A DNA stretch of 64,000 nucleotides from an uncultured Acidobacteriota bacterium (GTDB lineage Bacteria > Acidobacteriota > Polarisedimenticolia > JACPZX01). Positions 46,901 to 54,739 of the stretch are shown in pieces (the first letter of the stretch is position 1; every line of letters starts with the position of its first letter). The position numbers and the translations under genes were made by a program. The notes beneath the pieces are model-generated. The model was not told where the DNA came from and searched no databases. It worked only from the letters and a program-made list of their open reading frames with translations. The stretch lies in contig CAYNUH010000004.1 of assembly GCA_964400605.1 (NCBI GenBank), positions 11,201 to 75,200 of the forward strand, read 5' to 3'.

Positions 46901-47621
46901 GGATCTGTTCGGCGACCCGGCCACGAATCTGGCGCTCGACAGCGACGGCGACGACCTCACCGATCTCGTCGAGGAGGCGGCCGGGACGAACCCGCTGGAC
47001 GGCGACAGCGACGACGACGGCGTCGCGGACGGGCAGGAGACGGCCCTCGGCGCGGACGCGGACGGCGACGGCCTCGTCAACGGGATGGACCCCGACGCCG
47101 ACGACGACTGCATCTTCGACGGGACCGAGCGGGGCGTCACGGCGATCGCGCCCGGCACGAACCCGGGTGCGGGGTTCTTCGTCCCCGACGCGGATCCCAA
47201 CGTCACCACGGATCCGCTGAACCCCGACACCGACGGAGGCGGCGCCGCCGACGGCGCGGAAGACACCGACTTCAACGGCGCCGTGGGGTCCGGAGAAACC
47301 AATCCGGCCTCCGGGCAGGCGGGGGACGACACCGCCTCGGTCCTCCCGGAGGTGATGAGCCTCACCGTGGACGTGTCGGGAGACGATCTCGTCCTTTCCT
47401 GGGGCGGCCTGGCGGCGACCCACCCCTGCGTCCGGTACCGCGTGTACGTCGCGGACGACAACCCGGCCCCGAAGAACAGCTTCACACCCTTCACGCTGCT
47501 GGCCGTGACCTCGGCACCCGGCTACACTCACGTCGGGGCCCGAATCGACGGGCTGAGCCACGACTACCTCGTGGTGGCTTTCGACCCGCTGACGGGCCCG
47601 CTGGGACACTACGGACAGTAG
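43992..47621 (+). CDS. Secreted peptidase C25 (gingipain/PorU-like) with Ca-binding DxDxDG repeats
   Basis: Signal peptide; propeptide-like region; ADYIAVT, DIYDEF, FVLLAGDA, GRLPA, YLGHGS (His), ALDCING (Cys), LFGDPA. Confidence 0.88.
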   Translation: MRSTRPLRIFQALACVLFCAWAASAAQEVRVVRQDDRSLVLRVSAPDVELAAYPAQRGRVEPKIRGAASFVEDSLPRLPYSRALIGVPEGMRPVLTILSAPHLRISGEKIAVAVHPAFGLAEAEGWEEPEDPPLPAGRYPRRAAEIAWTGWMRDLQVSEVRFYPVRSAGAAGGVLHHPVIEARVEFVADPSAVSPRRRGPASLAQGRRDTYRELQRRAILNPDQVLPAAGAGARRDSFSAPAQAGEETSVAGGLGPEAALMSVPAPLKISVNSEGLYRVTPADLAAAGVDPNSVNPQDFRLEYRGAAVPMEVLGESDASFDPNDRVVFFGTAATGPFTRTNVYWLHFNAASPRAALRDGTFGSPAPTPASFVTTVHAEQNLVYTSAVPTAAIDHWWWGPFLSAGGSATYTVSLPSVDPNLHTVNVRVNLQGRTFLSGNPDHHTRIFLNNTQIDDRTWDGQIPFTHNVSVSSSLLLNGNNSVRVFMVGNVGSPDQVYSNYIEIDYRRTYAAASDSLIADGEGTGDFRFSMTGFTASNVLVYDATDPNALERIGVPPAQITGAGPFTVSFQDSILSDRRYAAATFAALRAPLSIVQDAPSTLMTPSNGADYIAVTPPEFLSALQPLLALRASQGYRVLTAVTDDIYDEFNFGIMDPAAIKAFLSYAYANYAAPAPEFVLLAGDAHVDYLDNLGSGVKQFVPAILVNISGFGETPSDNEYVTVAGGDLLPEMWAGRLPARTATDVTDMVNKILAYETSPPVADLNAQSLFVADNDQVEFEAYLGSFASHLPPTMAANNVFLSQLACPFNVPSPPCAAARDAIRAGMDAGALVTTYLGHGSVTQWTGECAWATSNVSPCFSNHQNLLAATNRPTFIAALDCINGYFVDLTAAGSGHVNFSLAEQMMKVAGKGGIAVWAPAALGNLSDYSSIGDWLFLNIFNDRERVVGRAAGMAVISAVTQPFQPASMDNIRELDLFGDPATNLALDSDGDDLTDLVEEAAGTNPLDGDSDDDGVADGQETALGADADGDGLVNGMDPDADDDCIFDGTERGVTAIAPGTNPGAGFFVPDADPNVTTDPLNPDTDGGGAADGAEDTDFNGAVGSGETNPASGQAGDDTASVLPEVMSLTVDVSGDDLVLSWGGLAATHPCVRYRVYVADDNPAPKNSFTPFTLLAVTSAPGYTHVGARIDGLSHDYLVVAFDPLTGPLGHYGQ

Positions 47622-47635
47622 AGGGCCGCAACTCC

Positions 47636-49309
47636 TTGCCCCCGGACGCCCCGCACCCCGGCTACGCGTCTGCGCCCAGGCGCGATCTCTCCACCACGGT
47701 CACGCGCGCGATCCTCTCCCTGTGGGCCCGGGAGGGGAAGTGGGCCGAGGTGTCGCTCGCGGGAGTCAGCATGGCGCCTCTCATCCCCGACGGGTCCATC
47801 CTCACGGTGCGGTTCGGGCGGCAGGGTCTGAGGCGGGGCGACGTGGTGCTGTACGCGCTGGACACGCGGATCATCGCGCACAGAGTCCTGAAGCTCGGCC
47901 GATCCGGCCCCCGCTGGGGCTACCTGAAGGTCAAAGGGGATCCGGTCCGCGCGGGTGAGGCCGCGTGGGTGGCGGTGGAGGACGTCGTGGGCCGCGTCGT
48001 GGCGGTGAGGCGTCCCGACGGAGCCGTCGCCCTGCTGAACACCCCGGCCGGGCGCCTCGCCGGCCGGGCCGCCGCCGCGATATCGGGCTCCGTAGGGTGG
48101 TTCGAGAGCAAGGTGCGGTCCCGCATGGGGGCGGGGAGGAGCCTGACCGTCACGCCCTTCCTGCTGGGGCTGCTCGCTCCTCTCCACCGGCGTCCTCGCG
48201 GGAAGGTGCGCGAGAGCGGTTTCCTGCTGCGGCCGGAAGATCGCTTCCTCATCGCCGCGGCCCGCGTCCGCATGACGGAGGAGGACGAGCAGCGCCTCCA
48301 TCACATGCTGCGCCGGGATGTCCCCTGGGAGTGCGTCCGCGCGGCCGCCTCCAGTCTGGGCCTCGCGCCCCTCGTCTTTCGGAACTTGAGCCGCCTGGAC
48401 TCGCAGTCCCGCGTGCCGCCCGCCGTGCTCGCCGCCCTGGCCCGGAGCGCTCACGCCTCCGGCTGCCAGATGGCCATTCAGCTCGGTGCCGTGGACGCCA
48501 TCCTGGCCGCCCTGCGCCGGGAGGGGCTGGACCCGATCCTCCTCAAGGGGGCCGCCCTGGCGCTGACGCTCTACGACCAACCAGCGATGCGCTCGATGCA
48601 GGACATCGACCTCCTCGTCGAGGAGGGTCAGGTCGATACCGCCCTGAGCGTCCTTTCGCGCCTCGGGTTCCGGGCGCTGACCTCCGGCAGGAGCCCGGCG
48701 TTCTACGCGGCCCACCACCACGCCGTGCCCATGATCGCGCACGGTGGGCGCCTGATCGTCGAGATCCACAGGGGGCTGGTGCCCCCGGAGGAGGGGCTCC
48801 ATCTCGATCCAGCGCGGTTCATGAACCGGGCCGTCCGGGTCGAGGCGCGCGGGTCCTCCTACAGGGTGCTGGCCCGGGAAGACCAGATCCTCCACGCGTG
48901 CCTCCATCTCTCGTACTGCGATCGGTTCGTGGGGAGGGTGCGCGACCTGATGGACGTCCACGCTCTCGTGGATCACGCTCCGGAGGAGGTGGACTGGGGG
49001 CGGATCGTCGAGTCGGCGCAGCTCACGGAGGTGGCCCGCAGCCTCTACTCCTCGCTGGACCTCGCGAGGCGCCTCCTGGGGACGGGCGTGCCCGTGGAGG
49101 TGCTCAACGAGCTGGCCCGTAGTTCCGCCCTGGACCCTCTGGCCGAGCGCCTCCTCCGCATCCTGGCGCGGGCGAGCCTCTTCGCGGGAGGAGGATCGGA
49201 TCGGCTCCTGCCGGGCGCGTCGGCGCGCTGGTTCTGCGACACGCTCATCAAGCGGGCGAGGTGGGGCGCCCGCCTCCGGGACCTCGTGCGCCTCCTGGCC
49301 GAGGCCTGA
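47636..49309 (+). CDS. S24/S26 peptidase fused to a nucleotidyltransferase (NTP_transf_5-like)
   Basis: GVSMAP, GDVVLY, AHRV, KGD, VVGRV; then LLKGAAL...RSMQDIDLLV, VEIH. Start uncertain. Confidence 0.82.
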   Translation: MPPDAPHPGYASAPRRDLSTTVTRAILSLWAREGKWAEVSLAGVSMAPLIPDGSILTVRFGRQGLRRGDVVLYALDTRIIAHRVLKLGRSGPRWGYLKVKGDPVRAGEAAWVAVEDVVGRVVAVRRPDGAVALLNTPAGRLAGRAAAAISGSVGWFESKVRSRMGAGRSLTVTPFLLGLLAPLHRRPRGKVRESGFLLRPEDRFLIAAARVRMTEEDEQRLHHMLRRDVPWECVRAAASSLGLAPLVFRNLSRLDSQSRVPPAVLAALARSAHASGCQMAIQLGAVDAILAALRREGLDPILLKGAALALTLYDQPAMRSMQDIDLLVEEGQVDTALSVLSRLGFRALTSGRSPAFYAAHHHAVPMIAHGGRLIVEIHRGLVPPEEGLHLDPARFMNRAVRVEARGSSYRVLAREDQILHACLHLSYCDRFVGRVRDLMDVHALVDHAPEEVDWGRIVESAQLTEVARSLYSSLDLARRLLGTGVPVEVLNELARSSALDPLAERLLRILARASLFAGGGSDRLLPGASARWFCDTLIKRARWGARLRDLVRLLAEA

Positions 49310-49340
49310 GCCCGCCCCGGACCGGGCGCCCGGGAGGGTG

Positions 49341-49877
49341 CTACGGCCGGCCGGGCCTCCTGCGATCGGGATTGTTGGGGAACTCGATCCGGACGGGCGA
49401 CGGGCGGCCTGCTCTCAGAGGCTTTGGAGTCAGCGGATCGATCGGAAGGCTCAGGCTTCCCTGAGGTGTGCGCAGGGACAGCGCGGGGGAGATCGGATGG
49501 CCCGCGCCTTCCAGATCGGAGCCGGACATCTCGAACGTCTCTCCGGTCGTGATCTCGAAGGACAGCACCAGCCGCTCGCGGCCCTCCTCGGTGCGCCTCT
49601 CGAACCGGACTTGACGGATCTTCTGGAACGGGACTCTCCGAGACGCGAAGGGAAAGGAGGTGAGCCGGAGCTCAGCGTCCCGGTAGTTCGGCTCGCCTTC
49701 CTTGCGCGGCCCGCGGTACAGCGTGCGACGGAAGAACGTGTAGGCGGCGTCGTGGGCCGTGACGGTGCGCGGCACGCCGTCGGGGTCCACGTACTCCACC
49801 TGCACCGTGAATCCCGCCGGCGCCGGGCCGGCGCTCAGCAGGAGGCCCGCGAGGACGATCGCGGCATGACGCACCAT
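49341..49877 (-). CDS. Exported hypothetical protein
   Basis: Signal peptide MVRHAAIVLAGLLLSAGPAPA; start coupled to upstream stop (TGATG). Confidence 0.65.
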   Translation of the reverse strand: MVRHAAIVLAGLLLSAGPAPAGFTVQVEYVDPDGVPRTVTAHDAAYTFFRRTLYRGPRKEGEPNYRDAELRLTSFPFASRRVPFQKIRQVRFERRTEEGRERLVLSFEITTGETFEMSGSDLEGAGHPISPALSLRTPQGSLSLPIDPLTPKPLRAGRPSPVRIEFPNNPDRRRPGRP

Positions 49878-50809
49878 CACGGGACTCCAGGGAGGGGCCG
49901 CGGGCGGCGCCAACGAGGACCGGGCCGCGGAACGCCGAGTGCCCGCAGGGTGCGGGTGGCGAGCGGCGGCGCCAGGGCGCCCCGGCGCGCGGCGAGGTCC
50001 ACGGCCTCAGCGCTCAACAGCGAGTAGATCGCGCGGACGCGCGCGGGCTCCGACCGCAGCACCGCCAGGTGCCGGCGGATCGTGACGATGTCGCCTCGGG
50101 CCGCGGGGCCCGTCAGAGCCCGCTCCGGCCCGTCCCGCTCGATCCGTTCGGCCGCCGATCGCAGCAGGGCCGCGAAGGCCCGGCGCGCCACCGACCCGCG
50201 GAGGCCGCCCCTTCGACGCAGCAGGTCCAGCGCGAGCGCGGCGAGGACCGTGACGTGGTTGGCCACGAGCGAGGCGGCGAGGTGATACACGCTCCTCGCC
50301 CCCCGGGGGATCCGCACGGCGCGCCCGCCGAGAGCGGCGGCGATCCTCCGGGCGCGGGTGATGACTTCGCGCGAGCCGTCGGCGGCATACCAGATTCCTC
50401 GCGGGAGGGCGGGTCGCGCGGCGCGCGGTCGCGCCTCCGGGAAGACGGCCAGGGGATGCAACGAGCCCACGCTCGCGCCGCACCTCGCCAGGGCGCGGAG
50501 GGGACCGAGGCCCAGGGCCCCGCTCGTGTGCAGGACGACCTTGCCCCGCACATTCGCTTCGGCGGCCAGCCGCCGCGCGACGCCCGCGACGGCGTCGTCC
50601 GGGACGCACAAGAGGATGGTGTCGGAAACGGCCGCCGCCTCGGCGAGGGTACCGAAGGGCCGCCCGGCGCGGCATCGCCTCACGAGGCCGGCGGAGGCGG
50701 AAGAGCGGCGGCCGCACGCCCCCGTGAAGCGGATGCCGCGTCGGGCGCCGGCAAGGGCCACCGCCATCGCCGAGCCGACGCGCCCGCACCCCACCACGGC
50801 GATCGTCAT
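49877..50809 (-). CDS. Rossmann-like + DUF2520 domain protein
   Basis: VVGCGRVG, LCVPDD, HTSGA, GSLHP, YHLAA...ANH, LTGPAARGD. Confidence 0.85.
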   Translation of the reverse strand: MTIAVVGCGRVGSAMAVALAGARRGIRFTGACGRRSSASAGLVRRCRAGRPFGTLAEAAAVSDTILLCVPDDAVAGVARRLAAEANVRGKVVLHTSGALGLGPLRALARCGASVGSLHPLAVFPEARPRAARPALPRGIWYAADGSREVITRARRIAAALGGRAVRIPRGARSVYHLAASLVANHVTVLAALALDLLRRRGGLRGSVARRAFAALLRSAAERIERDGPERALTGPAARGDIVTIRRHLAVLRSEPARVRAIYSLLSAEAVDLAARRGALAPPLATRTLRALGVPRPGPRWRRPRPLPGVP

Positions 50810-51771
50810 GGCTCCGCCTCTCGGACCCGAAGGGCGGCGAGAACGGCCTCGATGTCCGGCGGCAGAGGCGCCTCGAACGTCAGACGCTCCTCTGAGGCCG
50901 GATGAGTGAAGGAAAGCCGCCGGGCGTGCAGGGCCGGTCTCCCGAACGAGCGGATCGTCTCGCGGATCTCCCCCTCGGCGAGGCTGTGCCACCTCGGACC
51001 GCCGTACTCGGCGTCGCCGACGAGCGGGTGCCCGGCCGCCTTCAGGTGGGCGCGGATCTGATGGGTCCTCCCCGTGAGGGGAGATGCCTGAAGCAGCGTG
51101 AACCCGCGGAACCGCTCCAGGACGTTGAACCGCGTGAACGCCTCGCGGGGCTTCGACGTACGCGGTGAGATGCGCCTGCGATCCTTCGTGTCGCGCCCCA
51201 GCGGCGCCTCGATGCAGAACGTCTCCTTCGTCACCACGTCCCAGACCAGCGCCACGTAGATCTTCTCGACGGTCCTGTTCTTGAACTGCGCGGCGAGGTG
51301 GCGGTGGGCCCGATCGGTTCGTGCCACCACCATCACCCCGGAGGTCCCTCTGTCCAGCCGGTGCACGATCCCCGGGCGCTCCTCGCCTCCGATCGCGGAC
51401 CATCCCGCGCCGCGGGCCAGAAGGGCGTGGACCAGCGTACCCGATCTCACGCCGGCGCCGGGGTGGACAACCATGCCCGCCTCCTTGTCCAGGACGAGGA
51501 TCTCCGCGTCCTCGTGGAGCACGCGCAGCGGGATCGGCTCCGGAGCCAGCGATGGGGGGGTGGGTGGGGGGATCGCGACCGCGACCTCCTGGCCATTGCG
51601 GACACTCCGGCCGGGCCGCGCTCCGCGGCCGTCCACCTGGACGTTGCCTGATCGGGCCAGGCGCTGCAGGTACGTCCGGCTCAGATCCGGCAGCCGGGCG
51701 GCCAGGAACTGATCGAGCCGCATCCCGTCCTCGCGCGGCTCGACCTGGAAGCGGTGTCGCTGCGTCGTCAC
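50806..51771 (-). CDS. rluD: RluA-family pseudouridine synthase (RluD-like)
   Basis: S4 domain RLDQFL; KEAGMVVHP, HRLDRGTSG, TGRTHQIR, LHA. Confidence 0.85.
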   Translation of the reverse strand: MTTQRHRFQVEPREDGMRLDQFLAARLPDLSRTYLQRLARSGNVQVDGRGARPGRSVRNGQEVAVAIPPPTPPSLAPEPIPLRVLHEDAEILVLDKEAGMVVHPGAGVRSGTLVHALLARGAGWSAIGGEERPGIVHRLDRGTSGVMVVARTDRAHRHLAAQFKNRTVEKIYVALVWDVVTKETFCIEAPLGRDTKDRRRISPRTSKPREAFTRFNVLERFRGFTLLQASPLTGRTHQIRAHLKAAGHPLVGDAEYGGPRWHSLAEGEIRETIRSFGRPALHARRLSFTHPASEERLTFEAPLPPDIEAVLAALRVREAEP

Positions 51772-51786
51772 GTCGGGCGCTGGCCC

Positions 51787-51934
51787 GGATTTCTCACCAT
51801 AAAAGTTGAAACGGGTGGTCCCTTGGGGCCCAAAGACTTTGCGAGAAGTTCTTCATGCGACCTCTTTCAGGTCCCGATGCCGACAGAGTGTACTGAGAAA
51901 TCCTTCCCGTTTCACCCCACTCTCGAGTGAGGTG
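51787..51934 (-). ncRNA. Candidate structured RNA / cis-regulatory leader, unassigned
   Basis: Intergenic, lower GC; two crossing perfect inverted-repeat pairs (9 and 10 bp), a GACCT-GAAAG-AGGTC hairpin and a 9-bp 5' hairpin. Confidence 0.4.
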
Positions 51935-52048
51935 GTGGCGCGATCCGACGGTGGGAGCATCACGTCGGAGCGAACATCCACCTGAGGTCGTCCCCGCCCG
52001 TCGCACACGCGCAAGGGCTTCGGCCGGCTCCGCCGTCCGGAGCCCCGC

Positions 52049-53407
52049 CTACCACGCCGGGAGGCGCAGGTAAGCGTCCATGATGCCGAACGAGGCCGGG
52101 TGGGGCCATCCGAAGGGGCGTGCGAAGAGCATCAGGATCAGACACATGATCGTGAGCGTGGCTGCCACCGATACCGCGACCCGCACCCCGCTCCAGGGGC
52201 CCCCCGCGCCCGCGGCTCGGCCCCCCTTGCCGTGGGGGCGGCCCCGTCCCGTCCTCCGCTCGCGCACCATCCAGATCGTCACGAGGATCCCCTGCGCGAG
52301 AGGAGGGATGTGCGTCACGAGCACACCCTTCAGGGAAAGAAGGTCCCCGTTCCCAACGAAGTAGCGCAGTGCATGCGTGAATCCGTTGAGAAGGAACGTG
52401 GCCAGTCCGGCGGCCACGACGGCGAAGGAGGGGTGCCTCTTGAGGGCCACGGCGACCGGGTAGTAGGCGAGCGTCATGAGGTAGTCCCGGTAATAGGTGT
52501 TCCACCGCCTCCAGAAGTCGAGGATGTTGCGGGAGAGGTACGGCCTGTCCGTGCCGGCTGGGATGTCGAACCCGAGCACCCGCAACATGCCGACCGCCAT
52601 GTGCACATCGCCCGCAACCTCGAGGAAGAGCCGGAGCAGGAGAAGGTGGCCCGCGACGAGAGCCGTGAGTGCATCCAGGCCATCGGCGGCGAGAGCGATG
52701 GTCCCGTGGGAGGGGAGCAGCCCGATGGTCCCTCCCAACTTCAGGGCGGTGAGATAGGCGAGGCCGAGCGCGATCTCCCCGGTCCCCCGCCGGATGAGCG
52801 CGGGATCGGTCGCCTGCCGGAACCCCCGGTGGAGCACCAGGAACCCGATGGGGGCTGTCTTGATGGCGGTGAGGGGCAGCGCGATCAGGTGCAGGAGGAA
52901 GCCCGAATACCCCGCCCCCTCCATGAGCTCTCTCTTCTTCGTCGCCTCGTAGGCGTACAGCGGCGCTCGAAGGACGAAGTTCGAGGCGTAGTGAAGGATC
53001 ATAAGGGCCCCGAACAAGCCTGACGGACGCAGGGGCCCGCCGATCAGGAGGGGCGCGACGTAGAGGGAGGCGATGGCCGGCGCCCGAACCCACCAGCTGA
53101 CGCGAAGGTGAACGACGTGGTAGAAGGCGGTCCACAGGAGCAAGGCGCCCACGGTCTCGAGAGGAGGATAGAGGAGAAAAAGCTGCAGGAGCGACGCTGC
53201 GAGCAGGAGCTGGAAGCGAAGGGTGGGGAGGGCCGCGCACAGCGTGGCCGTGGTGAAGAAGAGCGCCAGGGCGCAGGCGAGGCGCCACCCGCTGAGGGGA
53301 AGCGGCACCCCGCCGAAGCTCACGAGGTCCAGGCGATCGAGCCAGAAGGCGCCGATCAGGAGGAGCGCCAGAAGGACGAACAGAGCGGGCAGGTTCCTCC
53401 CGTTCAT
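52049..53407 (-). CDS. MBOAT-family acyltransferase
   Basis: Multi-TM; PYLSRNILDFWRRWN, NGFTHA. Confidence 0.8.
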   Translation of the reverse strand: MNGRNLPALFVLLALLLIGAFWLDRLDLVSFGGVPLPLSGWRLACALALFFTTATLCAALPTLRFQLLLAASLLQLFLLYPPLETVGALLLWTAFYHVVHLRVSWWVRAPAIASLYVAPLLIGGPLRPSGLFGALMILHYASNFVLRAPLYAYEATKKRELMEGAGYSGFLLHLIALPLTAIKTAPIGFLVLHRGFRQATDPALIRRGTGEIALGLAYLTALKLGGTIGLLPSHGTIALAADGLDALTALVAGHLLLLRLFLEVAGDVHMAVGMLRVLGFDIPAGTDRPYLSRNILDFWRRWNTYYRDYLMTLAYYPVAVALKRHPSFAVVAAGLATFLLNGFTHALRYFVGNGDLLSLKGVLVTHIPPLAQGILVTIWMVRERRTGRGRPHGKGGRAAGAGGPWSGVRVAVSVAATLTIMCLILMLFARPFGWPHPASFGIMDAYLRLPAW

Positions 53408-53423
53408 GCCCCGAAGCCCCTGC

Positions 53424-54218
53424 CTAGCCGGACCCGGCCCGCGCCGAAGCGAGGCGGCGCGCCCGGAGCAGAACCGCGCCCGCCAGGAGCGCCGCGATGG
53501 CGATGATCTGGGAGGTGGACAACCCCCAGAGCGCGCCCCGCGGGTCGCCCCGTGTGAACTCCAGGGCGCCCCGGAGGAGCGCGTGCAGAACCACGTACCA
53601 CAGGAAGACCTGCCCGTCGTACCGCGGCCGCCTCTGAAGAAGGATCAGGATGGCGAAGAGCGCGATGTCGGCCGCCGAGAGGTAGAGCTGGGAGGGGTGC
53701 AGCGGGACGTTCAGCGGCACCCCGGTGAGGCGGTTGGCGGCCGGATCGGTGAACGTGACCGCCCACGGTAGGTCCGAAGGTTTTCCGTAGCAGCAGCCCG
53801 CGCAGAAGCATCCGACCCGGCCGATGGCCTGCCCCAGTGCGATCGCCGGCGCGGAGATGTCGGCGATCTTCCACACGGGAAGGCCGCGCCGCGCCACCAT
53901 GACGGCACACGTGACCACGGCGGCGGCGAAGCCGCCGTAGAACACGCCGGCCGAACGCCACCCGCCGAGGATCGCGCTCGGATTCCGGAGGTAGTAGTCG
54001 AAGTCAATGACGTAGAGGAGGATCTTCGCGCCGAGGATGCCGCTGATCAGCGCCGCGATCCAGAGATCGAGCACCGCGTCCGGCGGCAGGCCGGCGCGGC
54101 GCGTCCGCTTCTGGGCGTACCCCAGCGCCGCCAGGAAGGCGGCCGCCAGCAACACGCCGTACGTGGGGACGCTGAGAGGCCAACCCGGCAGCGGGATGTC
54201 GAAAAGGATTGGCTTCAC
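53424..54218 (-). CDS. lgt: Prolipoprotein diacylglyceryl transferase
   Basis: YGV, GAKI, FYGGF, IGRVGCFCAGCCYG, HPSQLY, EFTRGD. Confidence 0.92.
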   Translation of the reverse strand: MKPILFDIPLPGWPLSVPTYGVLLAAAFLAALGYAQKRTRRAGLPPDAVLDLWIAALISGILGAKILLYVIDFDYYLRNPSAILGGWRSAGVFYGGFAAAVVTCAVMVARRGLPVWKIADISAPAIALGQAIGRVGCFCAGCCYGKPSDLPWAVTFTDPAANRLTGVPLNVPLHPSQLYLSAADIALFAILILLQRRPRYDGQVFLWYVVLHALLRGALEFTRGDPRGALWGLSTSQIIAIAALLAGAVLLRARRLASARAGSG

Positions 54219-54739
54219 GGCACGGAAGGAGGGGCGGCGGGCTCGGTGCCGCCGCCGGACCGGCCGAAGAGGAGGCTCTCCGCGAGGAGCATCGCCACGC
54301 CGATGCAGATCCCGGAGTCGGCGAGATTGAAGGCCGGCCAGTGATGGCGGCCGAGGTACGCGTCGAGGAAGTCCACCACGTGGCCCAGCCGGATCCTGTC
54401 CGCAAGGTTGCCCACCGCTCCGCCAAGGATGAGCCCGAGCGCGGTGTGCGACCACCTGCGCCCGGCCGGCAGGCTCCGGCCGTACCAGACCAAAAGCACA
54501 ATCACGGCCAGCGGGACGAGGCTGAAGAGGAAGCTTCTGATCGGGCCATCCGCGTCGCGGAGGATGCCGAAGATGCCGCCCGGGTTCATGACGAGAGTGA
54601 GATCGAAGAAGCCGGGGAGGACGGTGACGGCTTCTCCGGGCTGCAGGAACCGGACGACGGCGGCCTTGGAAACCTGGTCCGCCGCCCCCGCCGCGAGGGC
54701 GACCGACCAGGCGAGGGTCCGGCCGGCGGGCGGCGCCAT
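54215..54739 (-). CDS. lspA: Signal peptidase II
   Basis: DQVSK, NPGGIFG, GAVGNLADR...VVDF, FNLAD. Confidence 0.93.
   Translation of the reverse strand: MAPPAGRTLAWSVALAAGAADQVSKAAVVRFLQPGEAVTVLPGFFDLTLVMNPGGIFGILRDADGPIRSFLFSLVPLAVIVLLVWYGRSLPAGRRWSHTALGLILGGAVGNLADRIRLGHVVDFLDAYLGRHHWPAFNLADSGICIGVAMLLAESLLFGRSGGGTEPAAPPSVP

Noticed and set aside
46920-47330. GACGGCGAC-rich stretch as a DNA repeat array or CRISPR
   Set aside because: It encodes DxDxDG calcium-binding repeats of the C25 protein; no repeat-spacer periodicity is seen anywhere in the window.
46178-47635. N-terminal ~480 aa of the 46178-49309 ORF
   Set aside because: Arg/Gly-rich shadow frame over the C25 gene; recognisable domains begin only after 47636.
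51787-51934. Assignment to 6S, SRP RNA, cobalamin/glycine/TPP riboswitch or group II intron domain V
   Set aside because: Only fragments match; key conserved elements or length do not fit, so it is left unassigned.
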